Source of the DNA: Marsupella aquatica
Taxonomy: Eukaryota; Plantae; Marchantiophyta
Length of the DNA: 64,000 bases
Direction of reading: 5' to 3'
NCBI GenBank assembly: GCA_973895155.1
Contig: OZ316893.1
Span: forward strand, 21,622,955 to 21,686,954
Position numbers and translations under genes: made by a program. Below the pieces are notes generated by a model. That model saw nothing but the letters and a program-made list of their open reading frames with translations, was not told where the DNA came from and did no database searches. Of this stretch, positions 55,601-64,000 are shown piece by piece. Each line of letters starts with the position of its first letter. Position 1 is the first letter of the stretch.

Positions 55601-57904
55601 CATTGCGCCGCACCTCAACCAGAGTTTTTTCATGAGTCTATTTCTTTCCAAAATGCCTGTAGTGTGAAAAATAAAGCTTTTATACCTTACATCTGCATCA
55701 GCTAATCAAAATGCATATTTCTAGGAATCATATATGCGCAAGCTTAGAAATCTTGGAAAAACAAGAAAAAACTTTAGTTGGAGATCTTGTCTAAGCTTAT
55801 AATATTTAGAAATCTTGGAATAACAAAACAAAAACCTTTAGTTGGAGATCTTGTCTAAGCTTATAATATTTTGGGCGAAAGAGTATTGGAGGTTGCCCTT
55901 GCAGACTTAGTTACTACACTAAATGTGGACCATTAGAAAATCACATTATTGCAGTGGTCTACTTTACACCTATCGTTTCTTGTTTGGAGTTTGCATGCAC
56001 TTGCCATCTTCTTTTGTGTTTTGTGCCTTTCGTGTCTTCCTCTCTCGACCTCTTTTGCTTTTACTCTATTGTACTTGTTTGGCCCTTAAAAAACTTAAGT
56101 GGACCTCTTTTACCTTTCCTTTTCTGACAGACAACACTGTCCCATGATCTTTGACAATTTCCATGGCAACCTTTTCTGTGATCATGGGTGCACTTTAGTG
56201 TATAACAGTATGTTTCATGGATGTCACTGTGGACAAGGCTTTATACACATCCTAGAAAGTTAACACTCTGAAAAAATTGTAAGAATGGCTTCTACGAACA
56301 GAAATAACAAAACCCTGACAACGTGCAATGAAATAGTATACAGGATCCCATAAAGGTGGGCTTCTTTGGCCGTGTATTGGTCCTTTTGGGAGGGGCCTTT
56401 GCAGAACTACAAGTCACCTGGTTGTAGCGTATATGAGAAGTTATGCTTAAAAAACCAATGGATAAAAACTTGCTCAAGAAGCATGTAAGCTAAGTAGATA
56501 GCACATGGGAACAAGAATGAAGGGGCACCCACAGCCAGCGTTTGTTTAGTGGCAAAAATTGACTAGATTCCACCTAGCTTAAAACTGTCCCCCACTTTTG
56601 GCAGAACAATTCTAACTTTTTTTACTTCCATTAGCTATTCTCCCACCTGTGCACAGACCCCATTAGCCAGAATCTAATGATCAATAATTATTTTTCTATT
56701 AATTATTTAGACTAAATTTGTATAAAGCTAAGAGGTCAAATAAGGTGCTTATAACACAACCATAGAGCGTATTGTTTTATGCATATCTTCTAGAAAGTGA
56801 AGTAGGTTATCTAAACTTCAAAATGAGAATATCTGTAGATTATTCTATTTCAAATAAAGTGTTTCCAGAACAAAATAAAGAATATTCTACCTTCTATACC
56901 TTTACGAAGGCCACTAACATCCCAAATGTAAACACTTATGGAATACTCTGTTTTGAAAATAGGGATATTTAATTACGTAAGGATTGCACATTGTATTAAA
57001 ATAATACAGTAACTTATCCCCCAGAAGTTGACCTTGGTGGAGCTGGCTTGCAATCATGTGAGGAGCACAGAACTTCTTTTCCTTTTTTCAATTAGTTCGT
57101 GGACCCCTATCTGTTTTGATTTGATTGAGATAAATGTGTTATACAATGTGTGACACTAAACATAGGGCACTCAGATCATTCTCTCGCTCAATTGAATTGC
57201 TAGTTGCTTTTGATTTGGTGTCAAAAACTGAATTGACAATTGCAAAGCTTATACCATTTTTGCTTTGTGAGTAGGCTGGTGATTCGTGGCTGTTGAATTG
57301 TCCTTCGAATTGTCTCCCACTCATGCTCGTTGACACTGGTTACGACGTCTGGGTTGGGAATTCTCGTACAACAAATTACAGTAGTGGACATCTGACACTT
57401 AGCAGGACGGACAAGGTTCAATCTAGCTTCATCCCACATCAAATTTTGTAAGTCTTTATCTTGTGCCAGTCTACTCTAGAGAGTCGAGCAAAATTTAACT
57501 AAGTTTTACCAACTTGTGTGCCTGACTACTCTAGAGAGTTCGTTGTTGAAATTCTTTTGCTGTAGGATTTTTGGAATTGGAGCTTGGACGAGCTTGCTGC
57601 AGACGATTTACCAGCCACGTTGGGGGTTGTGTCGTCCAAGACTACTATGCCCATTCATTATGTCGGTTACTCGCAGGTATCAATCCACAATAAATTCCAC
57701 CCAATCAATTGAGATATAGAAGCAATTATATCAGTCGGTTACTTGGGTAGCAAGATTTAATAATTAAGGAATTCAATCACAATTCACAAAAAAGGGTGGG
57801 CAATCGGTTACTTAGGGTAAATAAAACGGAGGGTGAGCCTATTGCTAAAGCACAGTTGGTTACACAAGGTAGATAAAATGGTTATTTTTTATTACTTTTT
57901 ACGT

Positions 57905-58074
57905 CATCTTTTACGGCATGGCGTCCTCAATTTTACCAAAAATTTGCAGCAAACATGAAAGGTGACGTAATTTCATTGTGGAAACCAATCCGTTCCTGTT
58001 TGCAAAGCGCCATGATGATGTGGCACTCTTTGGAGCCAGGAATTTTGGAAGGGACCTCTAGTGGGGTCCGTAAA
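57905..58074 (-). repeat. Inverted partial copy of the 5' part of the 58824-59948 repeat
   Basis: TTACGGCATGGCGTCC...GGAGCCAGGAATTTTGGAAGGGACCTCTAGTGGGGTCCGTAAA is the diverged reverse complement of 58822-58990. Confidence 0.75.
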
Positions 58075-58823
58075 TAGAGTGGAATGGGAGATGAGTGGCT
58101 GACACATTTTTCCCTTTTTCCTTTTCCTCTGTTTGCACGGGTGTGCATTTGCCAGGTTGCATTTGCCTCTTCTTTAGTGTATGGTGTTTTCTCCTCTTCT
58201 CCTTTTAGGTACATTGCCACTAAAGATGTTCTAACTTATAATATTGTCACTATCCTTATTGCATTATAAATATGTCACGGGTTTGGTATATTCCTACCTT
58301 TGTTACTTTGTCAAACTTGTCGTTTTTATGTGAAACAGTGGCATATTTTGTAAATACAAAAAAACCATGTCAATATTATCAATTTGAATATATCTAGTGG
58401 CAAACTAATTAAACGTTTTTCTCCTCATGGACCTAGCTCTTTGCTTTGTTTTGTCCTTTTTCCTAGATTATGGTTCTTTTTCCTTAATTTTTCTTGTTTA
58501 TAGACAAGAAATGACATAGATATGCACCAACATAAAAAAAACTGAGGCATTATGGATCCAATGATTGTAAGGATGGAAATATTTAAATGAAACTTAAATC
58601 CAAAATGTTTCTTCTATTTGTGTGTTTTTTTGTTTTTTGTTTTTAAAGGGGAAATCTGTGAAACCCCACAGAAAGGGAAGAGTCGGCCACAATAGTTGAA
58701 CCAAAGACCTATCAATCTTGACTCAAGTGAGCTATCACAAAGTCATTCTTCTATTTGTGTTTTTCTTTATTTGTTGAGGACTTTCCTCGACTCGACAGAC
58801 ATTCCAATCTTTATCCTATTCTT

Positions 58824-59948
58824 TACGGACCCCCATTAGGGGTCCTTTCCAAAATTCCTGGCTCCACAGCACGCCACATCATCATGGCACGCTGCAAACA
58901 GGAAGAGACTTGTTTTTGATAAAATTAACTTCTGCATTCATGTTTGTGGCAAGTTTACTGTAAAAACTAGGACGCCATGCCGTAAAAAAGAATGTAAAAA
59001 AAACTCACATGCAAATCAAAAGACAAAAAGATTGAGGTAAAACTTCTCCCAATAACTATTTTATTCTCCCGATAGCAATTTTTGATTTGACATTGCTAAG
59101 TCAAATCATAATGAAAACTCACGTTTAATATGGTGTTAGAAAGATCTTGAAGAGACGGTCCTGATGAGCTCATCATTGTCATCATTCGATAAGAATTGAG
59201 TAAATAATTTGAAAAATAAATTTTACCCGTGATTTCATAGTCTCTAACATGAATAGAAATCTTTGTTGTACAACCCCTTAAATGTATACCCCTTCCATGA
59301 GAATGAACCTAAAATTGACAGTTTTTATGAGTACTAAGGAGATTATGAATTTTAGAATTTCTTTAGCTTTTTAATGAACTTAACATTGATAGATTTAGTT
59401 AAGTTCTAAATAGATTATAAGTTTCCAATGTTCTTTAGTTTTCCAATGAGTGTAACATTGGGAGATTTTATCAAGTACTAAAGTGGTCATGAGTTTCTAA
59501 CTTTCTCTAGCTTTCGATCTATTCCAAATTCCACAATTGAAGATTTGTTTCCATGAAACCTTTTGTCTTAAATGATTATGCAAAGTTATTAATTTGATGA
59601 CACCGATGACTTCTCTCTCTTAGTCTATCTACGTGTAGGAATTGAAAGTGATTACTTTTGATGCAACTTCAGTGCATCCAGCATCCCTTCGATACCGTGG
59701 AGGAAACCGTCGAGCACTATTTTGCTGAAGTGGGCAATTAAGCTACCCACACATTAAACAGTAGTTCACAATGCAGCTGGTTTTGCGATTGATGTTAATT
59801 ATGGTTGCCTTGGTAAGTTTGGCAACTATTTCAAGTGTCAAACATTGACTTGTCCATTTTTGAATTTTTTTTTCTTTTGATTTGGAGGTCCATCTAGGCT
59901 TCAGTTTCTAGATAACTGCCTCTAAAATAACATGGGGTCCACGGATTA
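58824..59948 (+). mobile_element. Approx. 1.1-kb AT-rich non-autonomous repeat with short subterminal inverted repeats (GGACCCCCAT...ATGGGGTCC)
   Basis: Both ends are defined by homology with 12693-13169; no coding capacity seen. Confidence 0.65.
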
Positions 59949-61243
59949 ATTAACAATGTTTATAAGCAAAACTATGACAAATATGAGCCCAAACAGACCA
60001 CCATGTTTGGCAAACAATCTGGATGGACCATCCTTAAATGTTGGTTTTTTGCTCGCGTATATGGGCACCAGCAGTTGCTTGGTCAATCCTTGGGGGCCTC
60101 AATCCAAGGGGTGTCCCATATCACGTGCGAAGTTTTGGGGGTATAAACACCCTAAAACTTAAGTCAATAAAGTTTTTTTAGTAATTTTTCTAAAATGGAA
60201 TATTCCAAGAACAATCTCAATTTGGATTTAAAAAAACCCTATGATTCTTATAATTCTCAAAATTGGATTGAAATAACCCTAATATTCTTCAACAAAAATT
60301 TAAAAGTATTTCACTAAAGTCAATCAAAAAACCCTATACTTATTCGCACGTGATGGGTCGGAAGAAAAGAAGTGAGGACCCCAGGGGTCGATTGTGTCCC
60401 TTTGTCAAACATGGTATTCCATCTGAGCATTAACTTCATACCTATATCTAAATCTTCTTATATTGTTGGGGCCTCTCCACCCAGAATGTGGGCGGGAATG
60501 TGGGAAAGGCCCCAAAGATGTTTTTTCCATTCAGACAGCTACATTGTCTAGTGTTGCTAGCTTCTTGGTTTTGAGAGAGGTTTTGACCTTAGTTTGTAGC
60601 CAAAAGAAATGTTCATAATGCAAATATTACCATAAGTATTTTATTTAAGTGCAGCAATCAAAATTTGACTTTGCAAAGGAGTGCCCAATTTTCTTGATCA
60701 TTGGGAAGACCCAATGGTAAACCTTATTTGGGAGAATAAGACTATATAGTGAAGGTCAAACTCTACAATTAAGATTTAGGAATGTTAATGATGGGTGTAT
60801 AGAGATTCCAGGTTGGAGAGGTCCCCAACTCCGCAAGAATGTAGCATTTTAGGGATCCAGTCTTCAGGTTGATGAACAAAATTGTGCTCTTGGTATTTCT
60901 CCAAAGTGTCAGCAACTTCAATGCAAGTGGCTTACAAGACCAACATTATTTGACATCTATCATATCCTGCAGTCCCGCTTCCAGTGTAACATCAACGGGT
61001 GTGAAACATTGAGCTGCTAGAGCAAAGAGGACACCAATTTTGGAGCTATCATGGCATGGCCAAAAACTCACGGGCAGCCTGGCCTCGAGCTAAGCCACAA
61101 GCAATTCTAGTGGACTTGTGTAGCAATGTATCCCGCCTCCACCTTTTAGCAGCTGTGCATGTTTGATGCAGAGAGTTCACTTTTCAATATTCCTCAAGCA
61201 CCCATAATTTTGCGTAGTTGTAGGATGCATGCATGGAGCAGGG

Positions 61244-61700
61244 TGTTGGGAAAAAAGCATTGTCCAGGATCGACACAAAAGTCACATCAACAATGCGCAC
61301 ACCAACAACTCATGCACATTCACCATGAGACTACACAGCATATAAGTGGTTTACCCTAATGAGCATAGATGACATTCGCAACGGCAAGCTCATGAACCAT
61401 CCAACGCACAATAGTCGACACAGAGAGATACGTGGTTCACCTCCACATGAGGCTACGTCCACGGGAACACACAAGAGCTTTACTGCACTCTAGGCCGACC
61501 GGCCATACCAAGAATCCACAGCACAAGCTCTCCCTATCTCTCAACTAGCTCCGTAACAATGAGCCTAAGTTCCACCAGGGTCTGGCATCAGCCCTGGCTA
61601 TATGCACAACAACACTACCGCTAACCTTAGCTAGGTCCTAACCCGAGTTAGCCTAACTATGGTTAGCACAAGAGTCACAAGACTAGAGCAATATCTAACA
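61244..61700 (-). repeat. 3' LTR of the copia element (approx. 457 bp)
   Basis: Right boundary set by the PPT (plus strand CTAACA|AACTCCCCCTT). Left boundary inferred from TGTTGG at 61244 (TG...CA); the second LTR is not in the window. Confidence 0.65.
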
Positions 61701-61910
61701 AACTCCCCCTTGACTCTTGTCTTGGGGACTGGACTAAATGCTACCATATGGAATCCTCAGCGGGAAGTTCTAGACAATCACCAAACCAGGTCTCCCCCTA
61801 AAAACCACCACAAGGGTTAACTAAGGGTTAACTAGAACTAAGCCGTAGCCTAACAGGAATGAGTAATCCATATACAAATAGTCACACATTGCTAAATAAC
61901 TCTACTTGCA

Positions 61911-63707
61911 CTACAACTGCAAAACTTGCAAAGTAGCATGGTGTCTTGAGAAACTCTCCAAAGGAATCACTTTGGTAAAAGCATCAGCGGGATTGAGCTT
62001 TCCATCAATCTTGACTAGCTCAAAAGTTTTATCAGACACTACTTGCCTGATAAAATGGTACCTGATATCAATGTGCTTCACCCTGCTATCCATCACCTGG
62101 TTAGCAGCCAAGTGAAGAGCACTCTGACTATCACAGTTTAGAGTCATTTTTCCATGCTTTAAACCCATCTCCGCGATCAACTTATCCAACCAAATTGCTT
62201 CATTTGCAGCTTCTGCTGCTGCAACATACTCTGCTTCTGTAGTAGACTGAGCTATGCACTTCTGAAAGGTAGATTTCCAACTGATACATCCTCCTCCAAG
62301 AGTGTATACAAACCCAGTTGTAGATCTCCTTGTATCCAGACAGCCTCCATAGTCAGAATCTACATAGCCAACTAACGTTCTATTTGATCTGTTATCAAAT
62401 AGTAATCCATAGTCCTGTGTTCCCTTCAGATACCTGAGAATCCACTTCACAGCTGCCCAATGTATCTTCCCTGGATTTGACATGAATTTGCTAACCTTGC
62501 CCATCGCTAGGGCCAAGTCAGACCTAGTACAAGTCATCAAATACATCTGACTGCCTACTGCCTTCTCATAAGGAATCTTAGCCATCAGACCTTTCTCCAC
62601 AGCATCCGTAGGAGAGAAAGCTAATGATAACTTGAAATGTGAAGCTAAAGGAATACTCATTGGCTTACAATTTTCCATGTTGAATCGTGCAAGTACTTTC
62701 CTCGCATACTGGCCTTGACTCAAGCACAACTGTCCAGTCTCAGAGTTCCTAAAAATCTCCATCCCTAAGATTCTCTTGGCCTTACCAAGATCCTTCATCC
62801 TGAATTCAGCACTCAATTTCGCCTTGAGACTGTCAACCTCAGATTGATCTTTAGCCACAATCAACATGTCATCCACATAGATAACCAGAATGATGAAACC
62901 AAATACATCATTCTTGACTGATTTCGTATACACACAAGGATCATACACCATCCTTGTAAAACTTTGAGCAAGCATGAAATCATCAAACCGCTTGTTCCAC
63001 TGTCTGGGAGACTGCTTCAATCCATACAAGGACTTGAGAAATTTGCAAACTAAGTTCTCTTGGCCCTTCTTCATAAAGCCTAGTGGCTGTCTCATGAAGA
63101 TCATCTCTTCCAAGTTGCCATCGAGAAAAGCAGTAACAACATCCATCTGATCCATCACCAGACCAAAAAACATAACAAGCTGACACAAGATCCGAATTGT
63201 GGAATACTTAGCAACCGGTGAAAAGACCTCATTGTAATCCACTCCTTTCTCCTGAGTGAATCCCTTGACAACAAGCCTTGCCTTGTAGATCTTGTCTCCA
63301 CCCTCTGAAGGACTATCCTTCAACTTGTAAATCCACTTGCTGTCCACCACTTGCTGACCTCTTGGAAGCTCCACCAGCTCCCATGTCTTGTTGTCACTCA
63401 AAGATTGCAACTCTCTCTGCATTGCTGTATTCCACTCATGCTTCTGCTTTGAAGCACAAGCCTCACTATACGAAGAAGGCTCTCCTTCTTCCAAGATCAA
63501 AGCCATATCATCTTCATCAGGTGCAATGTCAATATCATCTAGCTTAGATGAGTCTGCCCATTGACCATACCTGGTATGAGCTCTAGTAGAACGACTTGAA
63601 GTTCTTCTAGTAGATGACTCAGACTGATCTGTTGCTGCTGCTGGTTGAATTTGAGGTACCCCAGCAACAATTTGCTCCTCTTGTTCCATCATAGGAACCA
63701 GCTCCAA
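61911..63707 (-). CDS. Copia pol fragment: reverse transcriptase + RNase H (frameshifted relative to the integrase part)
   Basis: KARLVVKGFTQEKGVDYNEVFSPV, MDVVTAFL, SLYGLKQSPRQW, YVDDML, GYVDSDY, STTEAEY, CDSQSA, KHIDIRYHFIR. Confidence 0.9.
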   Translation of the reverse strand: MELVPMMEQEEQIVAGVPQIQPAAATDQSESSTRRTSSRSTRAHTRYGQWADSSKLDDIDIAPDEDDMALILEEGEPSSYSEACASKQKHEWNTAMQRELQSLSDNKTWELVELPRGQQVVDSKWIYKLKDSPSEGGDKIYKARLVVKGFTQEKGVDYNEVFSPVAKYSTIRILCQLVMFFGLVMDQMDVVTAFLDGNLEEMIFMRQPLGFMKKGQENLVCKFLKSLYGLKQSPRQWNKRFDDFMLAQSFTRMVYDPCVYTKSVKNDVFGFIILVIYVDDMLIVAKDQSEVDSLKAKLSAEFRMKDLGKAKRILGMEIFRNSETGQLCLSQGQYARKVLARFNMENCKPMSIPLASHFKLSLAFSPTDAVEKGLMAKIPYEKAVGSQMYLMTCTRSDLALAMGKVSKFMSNPGKIHWAAVKWILRYLKGTQDYGLLFDNRSNRTLVGYVDSDYGGCLDTRRSTTGFVYTLGGGCISWKSTFQKCIAQSTTEAEYVAAAEAANEAIWLDKLIAEMGLKHGKMTLNCDSQSALHLAANQVMDSRVKHIDIRYHFIRQVVSDKTFELVKIDGKLNPADAFTKVIPLESFSRHHATLQVLQL

Positions 63708-64000
63708 GCCCGAAGCTTCTCCATCTCTCCTGTCATGAACTGCATCATGACTAATCTCCCCCTCAACCCAGTCCGGGATGGGAGATTTCCCCTTGTCAGT
63801 ATGGGAGTCCTGAGAACTCTCCCCCTCCTTTGATGATCGGATTCATTAAAGGACACATCTCTACTGACAATTAGCTTACAGGTTACTAGATCCCATAACC
63901 TATAACCCTTCACACCTTTGTGATAACCAAGGAAAATGCACTTCTTCGACTTGGACTCCAACTTGGATCGAAGCTGGGAAGGTGTAAGCACATAAGCATC

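Larger units (their letters stand above)
61244..64000 (-). mobile_element. Ty1/copia LTR retrotransposon, 3' portion (truncated by window edge)
   Basis: Integrase C-terminal region (KLESKSKKCIFLGY..GVKGYRLWD..VSRDVSFNE) followed by RT and RNase H; polypurine tract AAGGGGGAG directly before the TGTTAG start of the 3' LTR. Confidence 0.95.

Overview
Eukaryotic, intron-containing land-plant genomic DNA (a seed-free plant such as a fern is my guess; not provable from this window). The right half holds two ordinary multi-exon genes, CFIm25/NUDT21 (38057-41185, +) and a family-3 aldehyde dehydrogenase (48248-52630, +), plus a Ty1/copia retrotransposon running off the right edge (-). The left ~36 kb is a tandem/inverted array of an intronless multi-pass membrane protein gene whose motifs match, from my recollection, an uncharacterised family typical of filamentous fungi, making it a candidate fungus-to-plant horizontal transfer that was then amplified. 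The array has two intact copies (4942-6423, 26867-28249), three full-length pseudogenes (10153-11336, 18778-20144, 33010-34515 inverted) and one inverted 3' remnant (2111-2222). Every full-length copy is preceded by the same ~1.2-2 kb decayed coding-like module, so the amplified unit is a two-part cassette. Copies have diversified structurally (a duplicated TM hairpin, loop repeat expansion). MITE-like, Helitron-like and CRE-like fragments and a PPR pseudogene fragment are interspersed.
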